The position numbers and the translations under genes are program-made. A stretch of DNA of 64,000 nt, from IMG/VR virus record IMGVR_UViG_3300021963_000036. The stretch is one strand, 5' to 3'. How positions within the stretch are numbered: position 1 is the first letter of the stretch; every line of letters starts with the position of its first letter. Shown here piece after piece: positions 55,238-64,000 of this stretch. Under the pieces are notes generated by a model. That model ran no database searches, was not told where the DNA came from, and saw only the letters and a program-made list of their open reading frames with translations. Origin of the DNA: a virus. Its lineage: Duplodnaviria > Heunggongvirae > Uroviricota > Caudoviricetes.

Positions 55238-58200
55238 TGTCACTAGAAAATTTCACCAAAGAAATTTCTCAACTTATTGAGTCGCAATTTCCTGCGGTTT
55301 ACCGTGAAGATGGTGAAACATTAGTTGCGTTCATTCAAGCGTATTATGAATTTCTAGAAAGTAGTAATAAGTACACTTATAATGTTGGTCGTCAAATGTT
55401 TGATATTGACGACATTGACACTACTCTTGATGAGTTTATATCTCATTTTAAAGAGATGTATCTAGCTGATTTTCCTTATGTATTAAAAACAGATAAACGT
55501 TTTGCAATTAAGCACATTGGTGATTTTTACAAAGCAAAAGGTTCCGAAAGATCTTTAAAGCTCTTGATGAAACTTATCTTTGATCAAGAAGTTACTATTT
55601 ACAATCCAAGTTATGATGTGCTGAGAGCATCAGACTCTCAGTGGGTTAAACCGAAGTATATTGAAGTTACAAAGACTGATCGTAACAAAACATTCCTCAA
55701 CAAGCAAATCACCGGTGTGAAATCTGGCGCGAAAGCTTTTGTTGAGAGTGTTGTTAGAAAACGCGTCAAAGGTAAAGTTTTTGACGTCTTATATCTCAGT
55801 TCATTACAGGGTGACTTTGAAACTAACGAGAATGTAACTGATGATGGAATAATTGAGGGTTCTCCAAAGATTGTTGGATCTCTTTCAGAAATTGTTATTG
55901 ACCTTGGTGGCAGAGAAAATGCCATCGGTGACGTTTTTAGTGTTATCACATCAGAAGGTTTACAAGGCAGAGCAAAAGTTGCAAGTGTTAGAGCTGCGAC
56001 CGGCCGCGTTGACTTTTCAATAGCTAACTCCGGCTGGGGTTATACTACAGACGCTAACACTGATGTCTATATATCAAAAGCATTGTTATTTGTTAACAAC
56101 TCGGTGAATGATAGTTCAACTGCAAATACACTATACTATACTTACGAAACAGTATATCAGCCAGTAGAAGTAGTTAAAGTAATTTCTGGTGCTACTGTGC
56201 TTTCAGCCAGTCTTGGAAGTTACCTACTTGGGATGGCAAACACTACATCACAAGTCGCGAATGGCACTATTGTAGCTATTGCAAACACTGATTCTAATGG
56301 CGCAATCACTACTGCTGCGACGTCAAATGGTATTATCACTGTGATAACAACCTCTGGTACTTTTGCAGATCAGCGTGTTCTAACCATGAACACTACTCCG
56401 AATTTTTCGACTGGAGAGATTTTAAGCGAACAGAATCAATACGAACTTGGATACACAAATCTCGTTGGTAGCGGATTCCAAGTTGGAGAGATCGTAGAAC
56501 AGTACACTCGTGAATCCGTCTCAAATACTACTACTAACTATGCATTTGGTACAGTGTCAGTCTCCGGTTCTGGTACTATGACTCTTGAGCCAGCTTGGGG
56601 CACGTTTGATACTTCTGCATCAGCAGCTCTTGTTGTCGGTAAGACGTCTGCAACATCAGCTCTACCTACTTCGTTTGTTATTACGACTGCTGGTGCAAAA
56701 GGCACAATCACAAATATCACTGGCAACGATGTCACAGTTACCACACAATACGGTACCTGGGATATTAGTAATAAAGTACGTAGTGATAAGACACGAGTTA
56801 TTCGAACGGTAACTAACAGTGTAGTCGGAGGAGCAGCGATTGTCTATCTAAATGGAGTGTCAACATCTAATGCTGTACTTACATCGGCTAATGCTACACC
56901 GGTTTCAGGTATTGTTGTAGGGCAAAACACTACAGCAATCGGACTGTACGGAAACACATCACCGTTCTACTTTTCAAATGCTTATCCTACGTATGTATCT
57001 ACTAAGAGATCAGAATTAATATCACCTCCACGGTATGCAAATAATGATATTATTGAAATCAATAAACAAGTTTTACGTATTGCTGGTGGTATTGGCGCTA
57101 ATTTTGAAATTGGAACTATAGAAGATATTGAATCTAACGTCACTCTTTACACTGATATTATTGGCGCAAATAACGTGAGTGGATCAAGATTCGTCGATAT
57201 GAAAATCGATGGTAGAGGTTCTGGTTTTGGATATGTTACAAGTATGACTATCAATAGTGGTGGAACCGGTTACGCCAACCTACAAACAGTTTCATTCTCA
57301 GGTGGTGGTTATGCTGCCGGTGATCCACTTATATCGGCTTCTGGTACAATTACGACGAACGCTTCTGGTGTAATCACTCTTATCACGATAGATACTAATG
57401 GTGAAGGTTATTATGATTATCCTACAGTAGTTCTACCATCTAATGGTGGTGGCACAGTCGCGAATGTTACACCGAATATGACGTTCGGTTTTGGATTCCC
57501 AAAAAACCCAACTGCAAGTGTTTCAAACTTAATCGGTGATGCGCTTAACACAAGTATAGCGAATCTTGGTTCTATTTCAATCTTGAGTAAAATCAACCCG
57601 GGAACTGCATACACAGCAGATCCTTTTGTGTCTGTTCGCAATAAGTTTGTTGCGTCCTACCAGAGAAGGGATTTTATTCTAAACGTAACAAATATAGTTG
57701 GCTCGTTCTCAGTTGGTGAAGATATTGTTCAAGTAATAGGTGGAACAACTACGTTCAAAGGAACAATAAAAGCTTTAAGCATTTCTGGAGGAGCAGGCGC
57801 AATCTATGTTTCGCGTAAACTACTTGGAACTAGCTTTAACTTAGCATTCCCTATTAGAGGTTCATTGACCTCAGCTCAAGCAACTATTTCAAGTGTAGTT
57901 GACGACAACGATTCTAGATACATTGGCGATAATGCGAATGTAAGTGCTATAGCAATTTCTGCGAATGGCATTGCAACGTCTCTTGAAATTGTCTCGTCTG
58001 GATTCGGTTATATAAACGACGGTCCAGTTGTTCTAGAATACATTCCTACAGTAAATAAACCTGCAAATCCTTATATCATTACTGGCATTTCGCAGACACG
58101 TAAGCAAGGTCAAGGTCTTGGATACTGGAAGACTACTACTTCTCACTTAAATTCAGAGAAGAAAATCCATGACAATAAATACTATCAAGAATACTCTTAT

Positions 58201-58446
58201 GATATACAATCTGGCATCTCACTTGATAAGTATGAGAAGGTCTTAAAGAAAGCTTTCCACGTTGCCGGCACAAGAATGTTTGGTAGTGTAGTTAAGACGT
58301 CTATGATCGATTCTCAGGCTTGGATGGCTGCAAGTAGTATTACTAAGAATCAAATTGCAAATACTTATCTGGTTACAGAAAGCGGTAGCAACCTAATAAC
58401 AAAATCCGGATCCTATCTAGTGATTCGTAAGGAGACTCAAGTATAA
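55237..58446 (+). CDS. 7: gp7-like large baseplate wedge protein
   Basis: 1069 aa (T4 gp7 is 1032 aa) following gp6; Thr/Ser/Gly-rich repetitive C-terminal half. Confidence 0.45.
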   Translation: MSLENFTKEISQLIESQFPAVYREDGETLVAFIQAYYEFLESSNKYTYNVGRQMFDIDDIDTTLDEFISHFKEMYLADFPYVLKTDKRFAIKHIGDFYKAKGSERSLKLLMKLIFDQEVTIYNPSYDVLRASDSQWVKPKYIEVTKTDRNKTFLNKQITGVKSGAKAFVESVVRKRVKGKVFDVLYLSSLQGDFETNENVTDDGIIEGSPKIVGSLSEIVIDLGGRENAIGDVFSVITSEGLQGRAKVASVRAATGRVDFSIANSGWGYTTDANTDVYISKALLFVNNSVNDSSTANTLYYTYETVYQPVEVVKVISGATVLSASLGSYLLGMANTTSQVANGTIVAIANTDSNGAITTAATSNGIITVITTSGTFADQRVLTMNTTPNFSTGEILSEQNQYELGYTNLVGSGFQVGEIVEQYTRESVSNTTTNYAFGTVSVSGSGTMTLEPAWGTFDTSASAALVVGKTSATSALPTSFVITTAGAKGTITNITGNDVTVTTQYGTWDISNKVRSDKTRVIRTVTNSVVGGAAIVYLNGVSTSNAVLTSANATPVSGIVVGQNTTAIGLYGNTSPFYFSNAYPTYVSTKRSELISPPRYANNDIIEINKQVLRIAGGIGANFEIGTIEDIESNVTLYTDIIGANNVSGSRFVDMKIDGRGSGFGYVTSMTINSGGTGYANLQTVSFSGGGYAAGDPLISASGTITTNASGVITLITIDTNGEGYYDYPTVVLPSNGGGTVANVTPNMTFGFGFPKNPTASVSNLIGDALNTSIANLGSISILSKINPGTAYTADPFVSVRNKFVASYQRRDFILNVTNIVGSFSVGEDIVQVIGGTTTFKGTIKALSISGGAGAIYVSRKLLGTSFNLAFPIRGSLTSAQATISSVVDDNDSRYIGDNANVSAIAISANGIATSLEIVSSGFGYINDGPVVLEYIPTVNKPANPYIITGISQTRKQGQGLGYWKTTTSHLNSEKKIHDNKYYQEYSYDIQSGISLDKYEKVLKKAFHVAGTRMFGSVVKTSMIDSQAWMAASSITKNQIANTYLVTESGSNLITKSGSYLVIRKETQV

Positions 58447-59762
58447 TGGCAAATACAACGATTGATCAGCTAACGTCACTTACAGGAACAGATGTTGCTA
58501 CTAACGATTTGTTCTTGGTGTATGATGCGAGTGCTAATATCGAGAAGAGCATCTCTTCTGCCGAAATGAAGAACATGATCGGTAACGGTTCATTCACCTT
58601 TACAACATCTGGCGTTAGTGATGCGTTAGTTGTTACAAGCACTGATGCCTTAGCAACCGCCGCACCAGATATTGTCTTCTATCGAAATAGTGCATCTCCT
58701 GCAGTGAATGATCTTCTAGGTAATATCATATTTAGAGGTAAAAACTCTGCAGCAGTAAATAAAGATTATGCTGGTATTTACACTGGAATCGCTAGTCCAA
58801 CGAGTTCTTCTGAATCTGCTTTCATGACATTAAACACAATGAGTGCCGGTACTTTAACTGAACGTGTAAGAATTCGTGAAGATGGCGGTGTTGGAATCGG
58901 TTATATCGGTGCGAATAATATCAGTCTTAGCGTAGCAAAAAATAGCACAGGACAAACTACATCATACGGTATTGCATCTGTAGGAACTGTTCAGAGCGAT
59001 GTTACGGTCGGCACCAGTTATTTTGTAACAACTGCAGGTACTGCGGCTACATCATTCACGTTGCCTGTTTTAAGACATTACCAAGCTGCCCAAGGAATAT
59101 TCGGTGCTGGATCTACTGTAACGAACCAATACGGATTTGTATCTGAATCCACTTTAGTAGGTGCTACAAATAACTATGGATTTTATGCTGCTGCCGTTCC
59201 TGCAGCAAACGTAACAACTGGTAAACTTGTAATAGGTGCTAGATCAGAACATCCTATTGCAACTGGAGGTGGTACTTCTTATAACTTCTATGCCGGCGGA
59301 ACTGCACCAAACTACTTCCTAGGTAACACTGGTATCGGTGGTGCATCAAACGGTTCTAAACTACACGTCACAGGTAACACCTACATTTCAACAACTCTAT
59401 CAGTTGGCACTAGCATTCTTTCGAATGGTGCAGGTGGTGTTGGTTACTCAACCGGTGCTGGTGGAGCAGTAACTCAGATAACATCGAGAACGACTGGCGT
59501 AACTCTCAACAAAACTTCCGGCGCTATCACAATGTTTACCGCTGCCGGTTCAACCACTGCAGCAACGTTTACTGTCACAAACTCGACAGTTGCCGCAACT
59601 GATACTATTGTTCTTAATCAGAAGTCTGGGACAAACCTATACATACTGTTAGTAACTGCTGTAGCAGCAGGTAGTTTTAACGTAACGTTCTACACAACAG
59701 GTGGTACTGCGTCAGATGCACCTGTTATTAACTACGCGGTAATCAAAGCTGTTGCAGCCTAA
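58446..59762 (+). CDS. fibre/spike-like baseplate protein
   Basis: 438 aa, Gly/Ala/Thr/Ser-rich beta-rich repeats. Confidence 0.4.
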   Translation: MANTTIDQLTSLTGTDVATNDLFLVYDASANIEKSISSAEMKNMIGNGSFTFTTSGVSDALVVTSTDALATAAPDIVFYRNSASPAVNDLLGNIIFRGKNSAAVNKDYAGIYTGIASPTSSSESAFMTLNTMSAGTLTERVRIREDGGVGIGYIGANNISLSVAKNSTGQTTSYGIASVGTVQSDVTVGTSYFVTTAGTAATSFTLPVLRHYQAAQGIFGAGSTVTNQYGFVSESTLVGATNNYGFYAAAVPAANVTTGKLVIGARSEHPIATGGGTSYNFYAGGTAPNYFLGNTGIGGASNGSKLHVTGNTYISTTLSVGTSILSNGAGGVGYSTGAGGAVTQITSRTTGVTLNKTSGAITMFTAAGSTTAATFTVTNSTVAATDTIVLNQKSGTNLYILLVTAVAAGSFNVTFYTTGGTASDAPVINYAVIKAVAA

Positions 59763-59772
59763 GGAATAACTA

Positions 59773-61818
59773 ATGTCACTAAAAATCATTACTCCAAACT
59801 TTAAAACTCACTCCGCAGCACAGTTCTTAGAATCATTTAGTGAACCACAGAATACTGTGTATTTCGTGGGTGCACATAGAAGTCAACCATTTCCAAGTGA
59901 TGCAACACCACCAGACGCTTTGACTGATGTATATTCTACACATTATAATCTTTATGATGAACTTGTTTTTGGTAAACATGTGACTCCGTCCGATGTGGTC
60001 CATATGATTCGAAATGTACAGTGGATATCTGGTACTGTGTACGATATGTACGACGACAAAAGTTCTAACTTATATTTGAAAAACTTTTTCGTAGTCTCGC
60101 AAGAAGCCGGTAATTATCACATATTTAAATGCTTGAACAATAACGGTGGCATTGCATCGACGAGTCAACCATTATTTTCTGAAACATCACCGGAAGATGA
60201 GTTCTATAAAAAAGATGACGGTTACGAATGGAAGTATATGTATTCGGTGACCCCATCTCAATATATAAAATTTGCAACGACGGAATATATACCAATATTT
60301 GTTAATCAGGATGTTACTGCTAACGCAATATCGGGTTCTATTGATACGGTAATTATTTCAAATGCTGGTGCGCAGTATAAAAGTTATGCGATAGGTACTA
60401 TTAAGGAATCAGCAGTAGGAGGTAACAACCTTATATTTGCACTTGAGAGTTCTTCAATGACGTTGTCGAGCAATTCAAGTTTCTATAATAATTGTTCTAT
60501 CTATATAGATGAAGGTGCGGGTAACGGAGAAATTAGAACCATTCTTGACTATTACACGTCTGGTGGAGAAAGACGTATTCTTGTTGATAGGGCTTTTGAT
60601 ACTCTACCAGCTCGTAACAGCGTATTTAAAATTGCCCCGCGTGTTATTATTTCGGGAGATGGGCAAAATGCTTTAGCTAGAGCTGAAGTCGCAAATGGGT
60701 CTATTTCTGAAGTAGTCATTATTTCTCGTGGCTCTGGATATACATTTGCAGATATAGTAGTAGTCGGAAACACTGGTATTGTAAGCGCAAGCACAACAAC
60801 ATCAGCGATTGTAAGACCTATTATCTCTCCGCCAGGTGGACATGGATCAGACATTATCAATGAACTATACGGATACAGAGTAGGTATTTCTGTTGACTTC
60901 GCTGGGTCTGAAAGTTCAACAATTCCTACAGCAAATGACTTTAGAAAAATTACTCTTCTTAAAGATCCTCTGTTTGAAAGAGGTACACTGACGCTCAATA
61001 CTGGATCAGAAACATTCACTGCTGGTGAAAAAGTGATTCAAATTTCAACAGGTGCTTCTGGTACAGTGTATGATCGTTCGTCTAACAATATCACGTTGAC
61101 AAACATCTCAGGCGTTTTTGCTACGTCAGATATTTTAGTTGCTAATACAGCACTTACGGGTATTACTTCATCACAGTCTGCATATATTAACTCTATTGAT
61201 CGTACTTTTGAAACTTTTGATCAAAGAAAACTATACACTGTAAGTGTTCTTGACGGAACGTTTGTACAAGATGAGCAAGTTGTTCAGGCTGGTCTAAATA
61301 CTGTTCAGACAGAAATTGTAAAACTATCTCTTGCAGGATCAGCTTATACATTCGTGGACGGTGAAATTGTTACACAAGATACGACTGGGGCGACTGGTAA
61401 GGTTATCGCTAGATTTATAGATATTCTAACTCTTACAAACACAACTGGTAATTTTGCAGTCGGCTATACTATCACCGGTGATAGTTCAGTAACACCAGTA
61501 AATGTTACAAAGTTTGATGCCACTTTTGATGCTACTGCAGTCGGTAATGTACATCAAATTACTCCTGTGAGTGGTTCAACAAAAATTATAGCTCTAACAG
61601 ACGTAGTCGGTAGCTTCTTGCTCTCTGACATATTAACAAACACTATAAATACTTTCAGTGGTCAAACATCTCACGCGATTGCAAGTTTAACTGGTCTTGA
61701 TATTTCTAAAAACAGATTAGTAGATGGCAGTGCTGAAATTATGTATGTGGAAAATATGGTTCCTATTGCGAGAAATGCAGACCAAACAGAACGCGTCAAG
61801 CTAATTATTGAATTCTAA
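59773..61818 (+). CDS. baseplate/tail-fibre structural protein
   Basis: 681-aa ORF with GGAATAA RBS context, in the late operon. Confidence 0.4.
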   Translation: MSLKIITPNFKTHSAAQFLESFSEPQNTVYFVGAHRSQPFPSDATPPDALTDVYSTHYNLYDELVFGKHVTPSDVVHMIRNVQWISGTVYDMYDDKSSNLYLKNFFVVSQEAGNYHIFKCLNNNGGIASTSQPLFSETSPEDEFYKKDDGYEWKYMYSVTPSQYIKFATTEYIPIFVNQDVTANAISGSIDTVIISNAGAQYKSYAIGTIKESAVGGNNLIFALESSSMTLSSNSSFYNNCSIYIDEGAGNGEIRTILDYYTSGGERRILVDRAFDTLPARNSVFKIAPRVIISGDGQNALARAEVANGSISEVVIISRGSGYTFADIVVVGNTGIVSASTTTSAIVRPIISPPGGHGSDIINELYGYRVGISVDFAGSESSTIPTANDFRKITLLKDPLFERGTLTLNTGSETFTAGEKVIQISTGASGTVYDRSSNNITLTNISGVFATSDILVANTALTGITSSQSAYINSIDRTFETFDQRKLYTVSVLDGTFVQDEQVVQAGLNTVQTEIVKLSLAGSAYTFVDGEIVTQDTTGATGKVIARFIDILTLTNTTGNFAVGYTITGDSSVTPVNVTKFDATFDATAVGNVHQITPVSGSTKIIALTDVVGSFLLSDILTNTINTFSGQTSHAIASLTGLDISKNRLVDGSAEIMYVENMVPIARNADQTERVKLIIEF

Positions 61819-61831
61819 GAGGAAGTAACAA

Positions 61832-64000
61832 ATGGGTCTTAATACCGACTTCAACCAATCGCCGTACTTCGACGATTTTGATGAAACGAATAATTATCAT
61901 CGTGTTTTGTTCAAGCCTGCTGTTGCTGTACAAGCAAGAGAACTTACGCAACTTCAAACAATTCTTCAAAATCAAATCGAACGCTTTGGTAACAATATTC
62001 TTACCGAAGGCACAATCGTTCAAGGTGGTAACTTTGTTGAAGAACGTAATCTTGCGTATGTTAAAGTACGAGACATTGCTATTACTAGTGCCGGTACAGA
62101 AACTCCCACTGACGTAAATCTTTATGTTGGCATGAAAGCTGTTGGTCAAACTACTGGACTTGAAGCAATTGTTATTGCTACAGAGTATGGTCTTGAAACA
62201 CAGACTCCAAACCTAAATACACTCTTTGTTAAATACACGAAGGGCGCGCTCAGTGCCAACACCAACATCAGTAAGTTTTCTGCAACTGAAGAAATTAGTC
62301 TATATCCACAAAATGAAGTGACTGGTGAATACAGCTCAACTCTATTCCATAAACTTACCGCGGCTGGTGGTGTATCAGGCGAAACATCTACCACGGCTGT
62401 TAACAATGGTTACGGTGTTAGATGCGGCGAAGGTATCATCTATCAAAAAGGGCATTTCATTCGCTTTACAAATGCTTTAACAATCGTTTCTAAATACAGT
62501 AACGCCCCAGATGGAGTTGTTGTTGGTTTTAAGACCGTTGAGCAACTAGTAGATTATAACACTGATTCGTCTCTTCTTGATAACGCAAATGGTTTCAGCA
62601 ATGAAAATGCGCCAGGTGCAGATAGACTGCAGTTAATTCCATCATTAGCGGTATTGACAACGGAACAAGCTGCGCTCGACGAAACATTCTTTGCTATACA
62701 AGAATATGTTGCTGGCCGCGTTGTTCGTAGAAAAACTACGACTCAGTATAACCAAATCGCTAAAACAATGGAACAGCGTACGTCTGAAGAGTCTGGCAAC
62801 TATGTTGTTAACAGATTCCCAGTACGTGTAGGCGAATCTCTTACTGATGCCAACAACATTTCTGTGTACATTGGAAAAGGTCTTGGCTATGTAGATGGAC
62901 GACGTGTAGAATTACTAAACGAAATTTCGATCGATATTCCAGAAGCAAACACTACATCGACCATTACTAATCAAAACATAAATGCTAACTATGGACAGTA
63001 TGTAATCGTAAATGGTTACACTGGCAAGTTTGACTTTACGACGTTTGAACTTGTAAATCTTAAAAACAGCGGCGGTACAACGATTGGTACAGCTAGAATA
63101 AGATCTGTTACACGTGACTCAACTGGTGTATATAGACTATACCTTTTCGCTATTAAGATGAATAGTGGATATACGTTTAAGAATACACGTACAGTTGCAG
63201 CATCAGTCTCAACTGGCTCAGCGAACACGGTATTGGTTTCAAACAACAGTGTACTTGTTGACTCATCATTCTCAAGAATGTTCTTTGAAACAGGTAAGTC
63301 TGCTGTTAGCACAATTACGTCTTCTAACTATACATACAGAACATCTGCTACTCAAACTGTTGGCTTATCTACTAATACCTTTACATTAACTCCTGCTGAC
63401 TCCGATACCTTTCCATACACTGGATCTCTAACATCTGATCAGATTAAAGAGATTATGGTTGTCTCCGACTCATCTGCAACAGCTTCCCCAAGTAATATTA
63501 GTATTGGAGAAGTTCTTGAGATTACGAGTGCAAGTGTAGCAGGATCCGTACTTACGGTAGTGTTGGTTAAAACTCCCGCATCTAATATCAACGTCACTGC
63601 GTATTTTAATGCTAAAAGAGCTGGTGCTATTAACAGTATCAGAAACGCTAAAACTCTTGAGACCACTTACGTCAAGTTTAGTGCTAACAGTTTAAACGCT
63701 GGAACTACTACTGGTAGTTACATTCTAGGCTTGCCTGATGTGTACTCTATTGAAGGCGTTTGGAAAGTTGGGAGTGCTGTATCTGATGCTACTCTAGAAG
63801 GTTATGCTACGTCAAATAGCTCAACTTCAAACTATACTTCTTATTTCAGATTGGAAAATAGACAGTACGACGACTACTACGGTTTGTCTCGTATTACTCT
63901 TAAGACTCCTCTGACCATTAGTACAAACGATAAAATTATTGCAAAAGTTCGTACATTCAAAAAAGATAGCAATCCTGGTCATTTCTTCGTTGTAAATAGT
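61832..64000 (+). CDS. large structural (fibre-like) protein, 5' partial; continues past the window end
   Basis: ATG 61832 with GAGGAAG RBS; frame open for more than 720 codons to 64000. Confidence 0.5.
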   Translation, partial: MGLNTDFNQSPYFDDFDETNNYHRVLFKPAVAVQARELTQLQTILQNQIERFGNNILTEGTIVQGGNFVEERNLAYVKVRDIAITSAGTETPTDVNLYVGMKAVGQTTGLEAIVIATEYGLETQTPNLNTLFVKYTKGALSANTNISKFSATEEISLYPQNEVTGEYSSTLFHKLTAAGGVSGETSTTAVNNGYGVRCGEGIIYQKGHFIRFTNALTIVSKYSNAPDGVVVGFKTVEQLVDYNTDSSLLDNANGFSNENAPGADRLQLIPSLAVLTTEQAALDETFFAIQEYVAGRVVRRKTTTQYNQIAKTMEQRTSEESGNYVVNRFPVRVGESLTDANNISVYIGKGLGYVDGRRVELLNEISIDIPEANTTSTITNQNINANYGQYVIVNGYTGKFDFTTFELVNLKNSGGTTIGTARIRSVTRDSTGVYRLYLFAIKMNSGYTFKNTRTVAASVSTGSANTVLVSNNSVLVDSSFSRMFFETGKSAVSTITSSNYTYRTSATQTVGLSTNTFTLTPADSDTFPYTGSLTSDQIKEIMVVSDSSATASPSNISIGEVLEITSASVAGSVLTVVLVKTPASNINVTAYFNAKRAGAINSIRNAKTLETTYVKFSANSLNAGTTTGSYILGLPDVYSIEGVWKVGSAVSDATLEGYATSNSSTSNYTSYFRLENRQYDDYYGLSRITLKTPLTISTNDKIIAKVRTFKKDSNPGHFFVVNS

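Noticed and set aside
58446-64000. Repetitive Gly/Thr/Ser/Ala-rich stretches in the late genes as possible CRISPR or tandem DNA repeats
   Set aside because: The repeats are degenerate at the nucleotide level and in-frame within long ORFs; they reflect beta-helix or fibre protein repeats, not spacer-repeat arrays

Overview
This window reads as a contiguous segment of a T4-superfamily myovirus genome with host-derived auxiliary genes. Positions 1-41.9 kb are a tightly packed plus-strand block of early/middle genes, almost all preceded by sigma70-type GTTGACA-N17-TATAAT promoters. Genes with recognisable T4 homologues in this block: RNase H (rnh), helicase loader gp59, ssDNA-binding protein gp32, an ATP-dependent DNA ligase and an Rnl1-type RNA ligase. 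A PhoH-family ATPase gene sits in the same block. The block also carries many auxiliary genes: NAD+ salvage (NadV plus NMNAT/Nudix), PstS, a CobS/CobT-like MoxR-VWA pair plus a second VWA protein, a small alarmone hydrolase, a CCA-adding enzyme, a PTH2-like peptidyl-tRNA hydrolase, a second Rnl5-like RNA ligase, a 2H phosphoesterase, a glutaredoxin, a secreted Serratia-type nuclease, and a candidate holin with a SAR/SleB-type endolysin. An inverted 4.4-kb late module (gp29-like, tube-family paralogue, gp4-like) is inserted flush at 42274-46708, and from 46707 a plus-strand late baseplate operon follows (gp53, hub proteins, gp5 spike-lysozyme, an M15 peptidase protein, gp25, gp6, gp7 and fibre-like proteins), running off the window end. 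The most striking element is a ~400-nt ORF-free gap at 36.1-36.5 kb that has the hallmarks of a phage-encoded, circularly permuted two-piece tmRNA (ssrA): a 14-codon ANENSAPVAYALAA* tag frame, a G3:U70 acceptor stem, a T-arm and a 3' ACCA. Together with the tRNA and RNA repair enzymes this suggests a translation-apparatus maintenance toolkit. No CRISPR arrays, rRNA or canonical tRNA genes were seen. All calls are from reading motifs by eye; no searches were run.
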